A stretch of 64,000 nucleotides of DNA from Eledone cirrhosa (lineage: Eukaryota), in the NCBI GenBank assembly GCA_964016885.1, contig OZ024759.1, forward strand, positions 33,108,001 through 33,172,000. Direction: 5' to 3'. The notes beneath the pieces are model-generated. The model searched no databases, was not told where the DNA came from, and saw nothing but the letters and a program-made list of their open reading frames with translations. Shown one piece after another: positions 26,710 to 42,293 of the stretch (position 1 is its first letter; every line of letters starts with the position of its first letter). Position numbers and translations under genes: made by a program.

Positions 26710-27251
26710 GCATACATACATACATACATACATACACACATACAAACAGACACAAAAGTGTTTATGTATGTTTACATATATCTATGTTTATATATATATA
26801 CATACAAACACACACAATTTCTATATCTACATATATGTATATATATATATACATAGATAGAGAGAGTGAGAGAGTGAGAGAGAGTGAGAGAGAGAGAGTG
26901 AGAGAGAGTGAGAGAGAGAGAGCAAGGGTAGAAATAGTTATTTTATTGTAGAGAGTTACATACGAATATATATGATTGCCAAATAGTTTTATACAATGCT
27001 CAATCACACAGACACATATACATGCATATATAAACATATATATACACACACATATATATATACATAGATGTGTGTCTGTATACATGTGTATATATATGGT
27101 TCCAACAATACAACACTGCTATAAAGGACTAACATCATCAACACAAATGATGGAATTTTAATTACAGTATTTACAAATATTTAAGAAAAATATTCAATAC
27201 GTTCAGCGTAAATAGTTTTCAACTGTTACATTATATACATATACAAATCTG

Positions 27252-27311
<60 letters not shown>

Positions 27312-27336
27312 CATTTATTTATTTACAGTTAGATGG

Positions 27337-27372
<36 letters not shown>

Positions 27373-27390
27373 TTATTTATAGTTAGATGG

Positions 27391-27434
<44 letters not shown>

Positions 27435-27453
27435 TTATTTATAGTTAGATGGT

Positions 27454-27486
<33 letters not shown>

Positions 27487-27882
27487 GGGGAGGGGGAGGG
27501 AGAGAACGATGCGTTGTAATTATCGATGCGTCACAAAAGAAAAGGGGCTCTAACTCTCCTCTGTCCCTATCTCATTCTCTGTCAAAGACACACACATACA
27601 CACATCCACACATCCACACATACACACACACGTTTTAAGACACAACTATATATATATATATATAATATATATATACATTCACACACACACATACACTACT
27701 TATGTCCAGATAGATTCTCTCAACAAATATTTCAACGTGTAATGGTTGAAGAAAGAAATCTGATGTTTTGAGCATGCGCATAGAACTATAAATTAATTAT
27801 CTACAGATTATTGAGGTGCACCTCTACACACATGCTTACAAAATCAGATTTTATATATACATATACATACACACACACACAT

Positions 27883-27914
<32 letters not shown>

Positions 27915-27917
<3 letters not shown>

Positions 27918-28320
27918 TAGTAAAAAGGAAAAGAAAGTGCTGACAATTTGTCCCAGTGAAAAATAGTTTAATTAGGAATAAGCATAAATTAGTAATAAGT
28001 ATTAGTTAGTATTTAGTTTTAAGTTTTTACCGGTTGCGCATTTCTTACGCTTTTCAAAACTTATTTTGAGGTAGAGTGCTCTAATCTGATCATTTTGGAA
28101 ATTCTTAGCAAAAATCACGAGCACTCTATCTCAAAATTATTTTGAAAATCATAAGAAATGCGCAACCGGTAAACACTTTAATCTAAATACTAACTAATAC
28201 TTATTACTAATTTATACTTATTCCTAATTAAACTATTTTTTTACTGGGAAAAATTTGTCAGCATATTCTTTTTCGTTTTACTAATATATCACAACTCGTG
28301 TGTCACATCTCTATTTAAAA
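27915..28320. mobile_element. (TA)n-flanked fold-back element, about 165-bp imperfect arms
   Basis: 27915-28081 pairs with 28119-28286, followed by a short tail before the TA tract. Confidence 0.8.
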
Positions 28321-28495
28321 ATAAAATATATATATATATATATGTATGTAAAAGATAAACAGAAATAACAACACAATCGGTACAGTATATGTAAGGTATA
28401 TATTAGGTTAACGCTTGATATAGCAAGAAGAGGGCGCTAGTCCTTCATCAGAAGAAAGAATGAGAAATAAAATAGATTGTGGGGACGGGCCGGAT

Positions 28496-28537
<42 letters not shown>

Positions 28538-28538
<1 letters not shown>

Positions 28539-28712
28539 GCGCATGGCTAAAGCATTGGGCTTCCAATCGGAAGTTTGTAAGTTTGAGTTCGGACCGGGTG
28601 ATGTGTTGTGTCCTTCAGCAATACACTTTATTTCACGTGGCTCCAGTTTACTCAACTGTAGAAATGAGTTGCGATGTCACTGGTACCAAGCCGTATCAGC
28701 CATTGCCTTCGG
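28538..28712 (+). mobile_element. SINE family 2
   Basis: GGCGCATGGCT...GAGTTCGGACC...GTGTCCTTCAGCAATACACTTTATTTCACG. Confidence 0.7.
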
Positions 28713-28839
28713 GGTTTTCCAATATAGATCCTGGTAAAGAAGAGAGAAGCGCTAGGCTATCTAGTTTCCTCAGTCAATTAAGATTCTGTTGTAGACCGAT
28801 AGGCGTGAAGTGACAGAGCACAAGACTCCATGCTGGACA

Positions 28840-29015
28840 AGACGCCAGTCCATCTAAGGGCTGTTATTGCTGGTACTCATAGCTATTGCTGCAACTCATT
28901 TTCAGTTTAGTAAACTACAGCAAGGTGAAATGAAGTGTTTTAGCTCAAGAACATTACACGCAACCCAGCCAAAGAATCAAACCCACGTCCAACACTTATC
29001 ACTAGGCCACACACC
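28840..29015 (-). mobile_element. SINE family 2-related copy
   Basis: GTGAAATGAAGTGTTTTAGCTCAAGAACA...GAATCAAACCCAC. Confidence 0.55.
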
Positions 29016-29571
29016 TCTACTAAATGCCATAAACGACTAGGGTATCTCTACCACACCATCAGGAGATAAGGAAGGGCCAATGGAATATACAGACAGAAAA
29101 ATCTTCTCAACTGATATCTAATATTGTAAAAGCAACGACATAAGTATCCATTGAATATTCGAGACAGTACATACTGTGATACCTAACAAGACAGTAAACA
29201 TGTTTATATCAGTAAATATAAAAACATGTATAAGTTGTGTCTAACACGTCAGCAGGAGATATATATATATCAATGTCCATCTATTGTGAGAAGACTTTAT
29301 ATAATTTCTCTCTTATTGCATATTACTTCATCCTTTCTTTTGTAACAAGACAACTGTGTCTATGTATGTATGCATACATATATATATATTTATATATATA
29401 TATATACATACATACTCATACATACACACATACATACATATACATAAATTACAGTCATATATACACACATATATACATATACTCATATATACACACATAG
29501 ATATATGTACGCTCATATATACACACATACATATATGTATATATACGCTCATATATACACACACATATACA

Positions 29572-29613
<42 letters not shown>

Positions 29614-29778
29614 CACTCATATGCTCACATATATATAGTTATATACACTCATATACACACATATACATATATATATATACATATACACACACACACACAT
29701 ATATATATATACACACATATATATATACATATATATATATGTATATATATATAAATCGCAGGAAGATCAACTGTTTCA

Positions 29779-29825
<47 letters not shown>

Positions 29826-29852
29826 AACACACACACATATATATATATAAAT

Positions 29853-29887
<35 letters not shown>

Positions 29888-30432
29888 AACACACACACAC
29901 ATATATATATATATATAAACACACACACACATATATATATATATAAACACACATATATATACATATATATATATATAAACACACACATATATATATAATA
30001 TATAAACACACACACATCTATATATAAACACACATATATATATATAAACACACATATATATATATAAACACATGTATATATATATATATATAACACACAT
30101 ATATATATATAAACACACATACATATATATAAACATATATATATATATATATAAACACATATATACATATATATAAACACATATATAAACACATGTATAT
30201 ATATAAATACACATATATATATAAACACACATATATATAAACACATGTATATATATATATAAACGCACACATATATATATATAAACACATATATATATAT
30301 ATATAAACACACATATATATATATATAAACACACATATATATATAAACACACACACATATATATATATAAACACACATATATATATATATAAACACACAT
30401 ATATATATATAAACACACACACATATATATAA

Positions 30433-30482
<50 letters not shown>

Positions 30483-30899
30483 ACACACATATAGATATAT
30501 ATATATATATATACACACATATATAGGTGTAATTTCTGTATCTAATTTACAAGTCTCCCAGAACAATTATATGGTTTCTTTCTAAAATGTCTGCTCACAG
30601 CCACAGCCTAATTAGAATATAGAGAAATACATGAGATCCAAGACGGAGGATGTGGCAAATAGGAATGTTTTAAACATTGAAAACATGAGTTTAAAAGCAA
30701 ATAAATATCAATATTTGATTACGGGGAAATAAATTAAGGGAACATCAATACGGAACTGAGAAATATATTAATGTAATTTTAATTCTTCGTGTTTGACAAC
30801 ATTTATGAATGTCTTGATGTCGTTGATGTGATAAAGTGATGACGTCAGTGGCGTTTATATATATATGTGTGTGTGTATCTCTTTATATATAAATATTTC

Positions 30900-31875
<976 letters not shown>

Positions 31876-32049
31876 ACAGTCGATCGATAAGATCCCAGAC
31901 CACATTCGATTACCGGTGCTGTATAGACCTTGACGGCGAATTGTCAGTCACTTGTTTCTAACTTGTCTTACTGTAGGATCGAACCTGTAAATATATTGAT
32001 ACTACTGCTGCTATAACAATGATGATATTGACGATTACGGTGAATACAA

Positions 32050-32690
32050 TGGTGATAGAGGTGGTGATGGTGATGATGATGATGGTGGTGGTGGTGGTGG
32101 TGATGATGATATGGTGGTGGTGGTGGTGGTTCTAGTGGTGGTGATGATGATATGGTGGTGATGATGATGATGGTGGTGGTGGTAGTTCTAGTGGTGGTGA
32201 TGATGATATGGTAATGAAGCTGATGGTGGTGGTGATTATAGTGGTAATGGTGACGGTACGATGATAATGATGATGATGATGATGGTGCTAATGGTGATAG
32301 AGGTGGTGATGGTGGTGGTGATGATGATATGGTAATGAAGTTGATGGTGGTGGTGATAATAGTGGTAATGGCGATGGTACGATGATAATGATGATGATGA
32401 TGATGGTGCTAATGGTGATAGAGGTGGTGATGGTGGTGGTGATGATGATATGGTAATGAAGTTGATGGTGGTGGTGATTATAGTGGTAATGGTGATGGTA
32501 CGATGATAATGATGATGCTGGCATAATGGTGATGATGATGATGATGGGGTAGTGATGATGATAATGATGATGCTGGGATAATGGTGATGATGATGATGAT
32601 GGGGTAGTGATGATGATAATGATGATGCTGGGATAATGGTGATGATGATGGGGTAGTGATGATGGTAATGATGATGATGATCAAGATGGG
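32050..32690. repeat. (GAT/GGT)n low-complexity tract with higher-order duplications
   Basis: Direct inspection. Confidence 0.9.
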
Positions 32691-33157
32691 TTTTAAACGG
32701 TTACATATCAATATATATTTCCTTTCAACTCTCGTCTCTTCAATTATTTAGGTTGGCAAAGTGCGCTAGATTGCTCAAATAATCGGTAGATTATTGATCT
32801 AAATGGCCTATAGTATTTAATTATGGTTGCTGTCATCTTTGTTTTAGGTTCAAATGCCGCCGAAATCCTTTTTGTATTTTTTCCTTTCATCCTTCTGGGT
32901 ATCGATAAATTAAATACCAGTCAAGTACTTAAAGTCGATACAATCGACGACATTATCTCCTGCTGAACAATGTTTGGTCTGGCCCTGTTGGCATAATTAG
33001 AAATCGATATTAATGTCTTTACTGGATTATTGGAATCGGTAGTGTGTCCTGGTGTGTGTAAATGTTCACACCTTTATACGTAGGTTCAAGACTTGTCCAT
33101 GACGACATCGTTAAAATTCCGGCAAGTCCACATTTTATCTTTTATTATAATCACCTG

Positions 33158-33378
33158 AAGGGCAATGGGTTGGCTGAATGGTCAGGGCATCGGACTCAGT
33201 GTTTTGGTGAATATAGTTACGTCCCTTTGTGTCTCGAGTTCAAATCCCACCGAGGTTAGCGTTGCTTTTTACTCTTACGGGGTCGATAAAGTTAAGTACC
33301 AGAAACGCACTGGGTTCAATTTTATCCATTTCGCACTCCCCCAAATCATTGGCTTTGTTCCTAAATCAGAAACCATTA
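33158..33378 (+). mobile_element. SINE family 1, full length, diverged (another degenerate copy at about 32775-33010)
   Basis: Head, GAGTTCAAATCCC, core and tail. Confidence 0.75.
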
Positions 33379-33887
33379 TTTTCATTACTCTATATATACT
33401 ATTGTATTTTTGTGATAAAGGCTTTGTCTTACATAATTTATTTTGTGAACAGTACTTCAAAATTATTATGTATGTCCAATTATGACGAGTCGGAGCAGAA
33501 AGAGGTGACACAAACATCAGAGAGGCTAACACATACATCAACAAGAGTGGATGAAAGGTATGTCTCCTGCTGTGTTGAACTGACATCAATTCACTTCATA
33601 CTTCTGAGCTAAATAAAACTACACACTATATAATCCATATTAAAATAAGTGTCGTACATTTTTCTGTCCGTCGGTTATATGTACTCTCTGATCTGTCAAA
33701 AACCTGATCGTCTTCTCCCTCATCTACTTCATCCAATATATTGATATCATGCCTCTAATACAAACCTCCATCTAACAAACCCGTCAATCCCCTCCAATAT
33801 AATAATCTCTAACCTGCAATGTTATCCTCTCTTTCATACCACTATCGCTTCTTCCCTCCAATTCGATCTTTTGTTCCATCTAATATA

Positions 33888-34200
33888 ATTGTTTCTACAC
33901 AAGGCCAGCAATTACCCAGTGCATTACTGGTACTTTACTTTATCGACCCCGTAAGGATGAAAGGCAAAGTCAACCTCGGCGGGATTTGAACTCAGCGTTC
34001 CATCTAATATAATGCTTTCTAATTTAGACATAAGGCCAACAATTATGTAGAGAATGGAAAGTCGATTAAATCGACCCCAGTGCGTTACAGGTACTTTCTT
34101 ATCGATCCCGTAAGGAGGAAAGGCAAAACTAAGCGTAAAGAAACTTAACTATATGTCGCAAAGCATATTGTCCGACGCTCTACAGTTTCTGCCATTCCAC
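33888..34200 (-). mobile_element. Two adjacent SINE family 1 copies
   Basis: Cores at about 33925-33995 and 34085-34130. Confidence 0.8.
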
Positions 34201-34677
34201 TCTCATATAGTTGTTCCCTCATATAATAAACGCCTGACCTCTCTACTATAAATGTGTGATTTCGGACACAAATAACTTTATATCCTTTATTTTACTGTTC
34301 CCATTTTATAGTATACTAGTAGAAAAACCACCCTTGCGGTGGTTTTCTGCTGGCATGTGTAGTGTGTATATTGATATTATACGCAAGTATATATACATGT
34401 AGATATGATACATCAAATATAATCGTAATTGATAATATACACAGAAATTGAACGAAGACTGTGTTACACTGTCTTATGTAATCAGTAACGTAATCCATGA
34501 TACATTAAAAAAAGACGATATTATATATAAACTGCGTTAGGAAAAAATTAGTGACAGAAAATTAGTATGTTTATTCAAGCGAATTTTAAAGAAGTGAATC
34601 TTTAAATAAACAAAATATATTTAATCAACAGCCACGAAATTTAGTAGATAAATTATGTAATATTCATTCATTATTTA

Positions 34678-34758
34678 TTCATCCTTACGGGGTCGATAAA
34701 ATAAAGTACCAGTAATGCACTGGGTATTTGCTGGCCTTGTGCCAAAAGTAGAAACAAT
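34678..34758 (+). mobile_element. SINE family 1, 3' fragment
   Basis: Core and tail. Confidence 0.8.
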
Positions 34759-35839
34759 TATTTATTCAAAGTAATCCAACTTATTTTACTAATGGGATAA
34801 AAAATGTAAACCGTACGCAGTCCCGCACTCCTTATTTTATTATAGTTTAGAGTATTTAAATTAGAAAATATTTAAAGACGGTTTATTTCTGTTGACAATC
34901 TGATATATTTTACAGCTTTGTGTTGTTGATATTGTTGTTACTGTTACCACTACGTCAGTGACTGATCTGTGGACAGCCTCTGGTACTTTCGGTAAAACAC
35001 AGTCAAATGATATAATTAAACGTACTAAACAATGCCTATAAAACTATAACAAAGTGTAAAATGATAACTAACTATTCGGTCAATACTAAAGTGAATTGTT
35101 CTATGAAATTGTGAATCTCTCATTATGCTGCTTATGATATTACCTGTGTGACCAATTGCCACATTGTAAAAAGACATTAAATTTTTCATAACAATATATC
35201 TACAGATAACTTTCTAGAAAATGTTAGCATTAATGCTTCCCAAGAGTAGAGAGATGATACAAAATATGATTATATTGTTTTAGATATGTTCCTATGATTT
35301 CTGTTTATCAAATTTCGAGCAAAGGAAATTTGATAAAAATAGCTGGAAAGTCTTGGAGAATGTTTATCTGTTTCCTTTGGTTAATTTCCAACATATCGTT
35401 GAAATTCATTGGAGAATAACACACTTCAAAAGAAACTATCAGTTATCGTGCCAAACTAAAAGGCTTTAGAAGACCTTTTACACAAACATAGTTGAGAAAG
35501 GAAACAACCTTTTCTGATGTGGGGAGGGGTAAGATCTTCAAATTAATGAAGCCAATTATGTAATAGACTTGCCTTATGAAAATTAATACAACAATTGTGG
35601 TGAAGTCAACCGTTGCATACATTCTCCTTTTACCCTCCACAGGTTATTGTTTTTCAGTCTTAATGTTTGAAGTAAATCAACAGAGAGGTTGAAGTAAATC
35701 AACAGAGAGGTAGATGTACATCCATAGCCGGCTTTCTAACCTTTGTAGTTGTGCAAAACTTTCGTTCCGCAGTAAAGTGATTCCACCCCGGTTCAATCCT
35801 ACAGATGTTGTGTAGCACACCTCATACTGTTCTAGTGTG

Positions 35840-35888
<49 letters not shown>

Positions 35889-35891
<3 letters not shown>

Positions 35892-35955
35892 TGGTAACAC
35901 AACAGTTAGTTCACCATACTGAGAACAATTGTTTCACCTTAGCGGATCCTCATGA
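35889..35955 (-). mobile_element. Truncated copy of the 15700/57228 hammerhead family
   Basis: Reverse complement reads TGAGGATCCGCTAAGGTGAAACAATTGTTCTC...GTTACCACTT, then (TA)n. Confidence 0.75.
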
Positions 35956-35961
35956 TTATGT

Positions 35962-36189
35962 ATACGGGGTGTTTTTAAAAAATGTATACACACTCTGAAT
36001 ACCTGTAGAAGCAATATGTATTAGAATGCACAGCGTTTCCAAAATTTAAAATTATCTACAGAATAATCCAATTATATGTAAACACCCAAAAATGTTTACA
36101 CAATTTAAATCATGCATATAAAACAGGATTTATTTTTAATGCATTACTTTGCTGTTGAAGTGTGTATACATGCTCTGGGACACCCTGTA
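35962..36189. mobile_element. Tc1/mariner-type MITE
   Basis: Imperfect TIRs TA-CGGGGTGT..ATGTATACACACT / AGTGTGTATACAT..ACACCCTG-TA. A similar terminus lies near 44230. Confidence 0.65.
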
Positions 36190-36249
36190 ATATATATATA
36201 TATATATAGGCCACCTGGTATCTTACCACACCATCTTTGTTTTATATAT

Positions 36250-36578
36250 AAACGTGGTTCTGTCTTTGCGTGTAATTGTTTTTCACCGCTATTAATGACG
36301 TATTATATTCGTTTTTTCCCGTTCTTTGCCAGGGAACGTTTCCACGAACCAAAGTATCGTCTTCCTGCCTCCGGTTGCAACGTTTTTTGAAATATCCACT
36401 TCTGCGTTTACAGATAGACTTTGTTAGTTTCAGAAGATCCCGTTAAGGGTGAAAGCAGCGATTCTTTGCTTAAACTTTAATCTGTTATTTTAATAAATAT
36501 TTGTTCTACGGTTCTTATATATTTGATATATATTTATCCTTATCGAGCCCTCTTTGGATTTTAGTCTTCAAATTTATT
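36250..36578 (+). mobile_element. pLTR-like element with variant hammerhead and tail
   Basis: Homologs at 50945-51062 (-), 55398-55545 (rearranged) and 11098-11140 (tail). ATCGAGCCCT at 36542. Confidence 0.7.
36426..36476 (+). ncRNA. Hammerhead-fold RNA with non-canonical CAGAAGA core
   Basis: AGUUU-CAGAAGA-U-CCC-GUUAA-GGG-U-GAA-AGCA...UGCU-U-AAACU; all three stems can form. Confidence 0.6.
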
Positions 36579-36579
36579 T

Positions 36580-36611
<32 letters not shown>

Positions 36612-36846
36612 GAGAGTAACAGGAAAAGAAATTGTCCAACCCAGACATGAAAGGAAGACAGAAAAAATATACAGAGAAGCGAAGAAGCTGAATTCCTGAG
36701 AAATGTATGAAATAAAATTGAGAGTTTTCTCATTCAAATTAGGTAGAAAATTAAATTTGAGTTCGAAAATTATATTGAGCATATTTATAGATTAACTTTT
36801 TCAATTTTGTTTTTAACAACGATCAAATAATATTACCCGAATTCCT

Positions 36847-36923
<77 letters not shown>

Positions 36924-36970
36924 GAAAAGTATAGAAATTGTTGTAGCGAGAAGCTATCAGTATTCCATAA

Positions 36971-37020
<50 letters not shown>

Positions 37021-37119
37021 CATATGTGTATGTGTGTGTATTTTTATAATTGCATCTACAAGATGTTGTTAATGTAATTTCCTATATTTTCTTGTCATAT
37101 TTTACGTATGCATGTATAC

Positions 37120-37155
<36 letters not shown>

Positions 37156-37354
37156 TATGTATACGTACATACAGATATGTATACAGACAGTAGTATGTAT
37201 ATATATATATACACGCACACATATATATATGTACGTATGGATTCACCGAACATTTATTATAATGCTCGGTCTGTTTGTAAACAAACATCCCGAATTAAGC
37301 CGTACAGTGTCTAGCAACCATCGTTGCTCTTTTGTTCAACACTGACAAAGGAAC

Positions 37355-37393
37355 GATGTACTAGTTTCAAGCTTATTAGCTATCGTCAGCAAT
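37355..37393 (-). ncRNA. Minimal hammerhead ribozyme
   Basis: Minus strand: UG-CUGACGA-U-AGCU-AAUA-AGCU-U-GAAAC-UA-GUA-CA, with palindromic ACUAGU stem III. Confidence 0.72.
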
Positions 37394-37481
37394 GTATACC
37401 TTCCTGCCAGATGATTGAACATCTGAAAGTATATACTTCCCTTATGCATATTAACGGCTGAGCAGCCTAATTTGCATATCT

Positions 37482-37528
<47 letters not shown>

Positions 37529-37712
37529 AAAGAGATAGAGTAAAACCTGTTTAGACCATCACTGAGCAGAGTACTCGATAATTGGGTGATAGAGTATGGT
37601 CATATGAAAGAGTCGAGAGTGAAGCAGACACAGAGTGAACCAGACACAGTGACTGAGGGTGACTGAAGGTGAAGCAGATACAGTGAGCGAGGGGGAGAGA
37701 GTGAAGCAGATG

Positions 37713-37767
<55 letters not shown>

Positions 37768-38187
37768 GGCGCAGATATATATGAATACGAGTTTGATTAA
37801 TAAACGCACCCGTATGATCGGTATTTATTTTTAGTTTTTGTTTTCTAGTAAGGAAACAAATTACATTAGAGATACGGGACAAAGGAAGACAGCAATATAC
37901 AATAATTTAAACCTGAACAATAATTTAGAAAATATTATTTTTAATTCAATTAATATTCTAATAGAAATTGTTGAAAATATTTATGATTTCTAGGCTATTT
38001 CGTGAGAATATCCTCATATATTAATGTTACTTTCAAACTGTGTTAATTTTTTTTTAGTACATAATTATAAACATGCGTTGAAATGTAGATAGACCATACG
38101 CATAAACGAACATACATATATATACTATCATATTAAATGTATATATAAACTATACAGCAATTTAATGGAATCTATACTTGATCGCAG

Positions 38188-38244
<57 letters not shown>

Positions 38245-38684
38245 ATATATTACTTTCTCTTTCTCTCTCTCCCACACAGATACTGTATCTCTTTCTCTCT
38301 CTCACACACACACACACACAAACACACAAACTTAAATATTTCAGTGTATTAGCAGAATCTGTAGGGCGTCGTACGTACTGGTTTGTGAAATCTTTCAGTC
38401 GTCTATACTCATCTTTCAAATACTGGAGAAATCATCTATAATCTATTTCAACCATCACAAAGAATCGATCAATATAATTACAAACACTCACATACCAAGT
38501 TCGATCCAATAGAACTTTAGATTTAGTTTATGCTAGAAATCAATTCGGTAGATTTATTTTTTTAAACATTCTATTTCTTCTCCGATTACCTTTGTCTATG
38601 TGTAGCTGTGACCTTTCAATTCCTGAAGTTGTCTTCACTATTCGGAAATACACTCGCAAACTCTCTCTCACACACACACACGTT

Positions 38685-38732
<48 letters not shown>

Positions 38733-38896
38733 CATGCATATATATATACATACATACACATATATACATACATACATATATATATATACATACATACATA
38801 CATATATATACATACATACATATATATATATACATACATACACAACTACACTTTTGTATATAGATATTTATAAATATATATGTGCACACACATATG

Positions 38897-38930
<34 letters not shown>

Positions 38931-39435
38931 CATATGCACGTATATATCTATTTCTCTCTCTATATATATATATTAATGAGAGTAAATTTTATTCCTTTAC
39001 TATGTGTATTCTGGTTTATAAACACATTGCAACTGTATATATGCGTCTCTCTCCCTCCTATATATATATTTGTTTAAATTCTTTCAAACCTAGCTTGTAC
39101 CTGTTTTTACTTTGTTAATTTGTGCAATTTTTATTTCAGCATTTTTTCAACTTTGTTTTTCACTCTGGAAACTTTAAAACTTACTGTTTTTAATCTTACA
39201 TTACTACTAGGTGTGTACCAACAAAGTCTTCTTTCTAATGTGGGTCAATTCTTTCCCATGCAATTCCATTTAGTTTATTGTAGCCAGTGGCAAGACACAT
39301 TAACCTGATTGTCTGAGAAAAAAATAAGAGACTCTTATTTTTTGGGGGGGAGGTGACGTGTTTACTGACGAATTACTGATACACTTTGTACATGTTTTCA
39401 GTTTATGTTGCAATTTCTGTCTACTCTTGATAAAT

Positions 39436-39628
39436 AATGGTTTCTACTTCAAGTACAATGCCAGTAAATTGGAGAGAGGGAAAGTCAATTAAATCGACCT
39501 CAGTGCATTACTGGTGCTTTATTTTATCGACCACATAAGGATAAAAAGCAAAGCTAACCTCGGCGAGATCTGAACTTAGAACGTGAAGTTGTCTGACGCT
39601 CTACCGATACTGCCATTCAACCACCCTT
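39436..39628 (-). mobile_element. SINE family 1
   Basis: Core and head on the minus strand. Confidence 0.75.
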
Positions 39629-39964
39629 AAACAATTTAATATCGATGACCCCATATAAATAATTGCATGTATACAGAGATATGAGCTTGAGATTCCATCT
39701 ACAGAAGTAGCAACTCGTTTGTCATGCTAGAAATAGCAGCCATATTTCACTTATGTTATACAATCTTAATTCGTTTTTTTTCTTTTACTACTTTCAGTCA
39801 TTACAATAAATGTGGTTCTCTTCGAGTATCCACGACATTATGTACTTTCTTTAGTCTAGTAGTCATTCTTTTGATATATGTTTGTGGAACAACGAGTTTT
39901 TTCTATAAGGCCTTAATGTATTTTGTCAGAATATCTCTATTAAGATTTAATATCCAATATATGC

Positions 39965-40230
39965 ATACCGGTTTCCCCTCCACGCGTCACTGATGTTGTC
40001 CAAGGGAAAGACAATGATACAGCTTGGTACCAGTGAAGGCACATCTCATTTCTACAACTGAGTAAACCGGAGAGACGTAAAATAAAGTGTCTTGCTCAAA
40101 AACACAACACAAAGCCTAGTTCAAGAATCGAACTCACGATCTATATATTTATAGAAATATGTTGCGATCTCACTGGCGCCAAGATGTATCAGCCTTTGCC
40201 TTCCATTGGCGTGGGGAGGGAAGACTGGTG
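39965..40230. mobile_element. SINE family 2 fragments in opposite orientations
   Basis: 39965-40140 (-) and 40155-40230 (+). Confidence 0.65.
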
Positions 40231-41374
40231 TGTTTGTATATATATATATATATGGTTGATGGCTGAGAGCAAAGAGTACTCAATACCGACGAAATAGTTT
40301 CTATATATATATATATATATTGGTATGTCTGCGTGTGTCTATCTCGATACTATCAGGCGTGATTATATGGTTTACATAATATTCAGGAAACGTTCGGCTA
40401 TTATTGAAATCTAAAGCTCAACCAATAGTATATTGTAAATAATGGGTAAATTTAATATTACATGTTCACTTATGAACATATCTGCTGGGAAGAGAGAACT
40501 ATTCAAAACTTATTATATTATTGCATAGTGAGGAAACCTACTGAAATAACATTGACAGAAATATGTGTAAGTGGAACAGAGAAATTCTTATAAACGTTAA
40601 AAATATATTTGCCGTTTACCTTGTTACTTGCCTTTGTATGAGAAACCAGGAACGTCAAGGCTTATGAAAAACAATAGCATCTTCTATTTTTCTATATTCC
40701 ACATCTTGTAGTTCCATATAGGAAAAGAAGGAAGATGACAGGTTTCGCTGCAAAACAAAGAAAATATAAAAATTAGAAATAAAATAAAATAAAATGAAAT
40801 AAAATTATCAAGTACATAGTAACGAAAAATTAAAAATACAACCATACAAGTATGCATATTCTGCAAGTAATCAAAAGCATGCTTTCTTCCCATATCTTAG
40901 ATGTTATAACAATGCTATCTTTGGTAAGTTCTCTGTGGAATATTAAACAGAGAATAATTCGCCTCCTACATCACATGTAATTTCTTTGTCATCGACTGAT
41001 AAATAAGTAAGAGTATATTTTCGTTGATATAAATTATATAGAACCTGCCCTCCCGGATCTCTGTGTCCTGAATTCACAAGATAAGGATGAAATATACTAT
41101 ACTATAAGTATTTCATCAGAAAACTTTCCAATTGAGAAAGGAAAGAAGAAAAAAACGAGAGACTTGTTCTACTTATTTTGTTCTGGTGATTTCATACGAG
41201 TTATAAAGTTTAGTTTGTGTTGCTTGGGTTTTTAATACAGAAAGTAGTATACAGATGATCACCAAAAGAATTATGTTTGTGTCAGCTGACATAAGCAGGT
41301 GATGGAAGACTTAACAAGTCTCTATCTTGGGTATTTAGTGATGCATATCTCATACACCTGTATAGATACACACA

Positions 41375-41433
<59 letters not shown>

Positions 41434-41470
41434 CACATATATATATATACACATTTATATATATATATAT

Positions 41471-41504
<34 letters not shown>

Positions 41505-41824
41505 ACACATATATATATATACACATTTATATATATATATATATACACATATATATATATATATACACACATATATATATATATATATATACATACACAT
41601 ATATATATATACACATTTATATATATATATATACACATATATATATATATATACACACATATATATATATATACACACATATATATATATATACACACAT
41701 ATATATATACACATATACATATATATACACACATATATATATATACACACATATATATATATACACATATATATATATATATACACATATATATGTAGAC
41801 GCATATATATATATATATACACAC

Positions 41825-41855
<31 letters not shown>

Positions 41856-42065
41856 TATATATGTATATACACACACATATATATATGTATATACACACAC
41901 ATATATATATATATATACACACACATATATATATATACACACACATATATATATAAGTCCAGAAAACTCGAAACGAACGAAAAAGAGTGTGCAATAAGAT
42001 AAAGTGCATTAGTTTCACGCTTCGAGAAAACGTTACACTCTCTCTCTCACTCTCACACACATATA

Positions 42066-42116
<51 letters not shown>

Positions 42117-42175
42117 ATGTGTGTGTGTGTGTGTGCTTTAAATCTTCTGGGTCTGTTTCCAATCGTCACCAACAT

Positions 42176-42293
42176 AATTTGCCTTTCATCCTTACTTGAT
42201 GGATGAAATAAAGTACCAGTAACGCACTGGGGTCGTTTTAATCGACTTTCCGCTCCCCCCAAATTGTTGGCCTTGTGCCTAAATCAGGAACTA
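42176..42293 (+). mobile_element. SINE family 1
   Basis: Core and tail. Confidence 0.75.
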
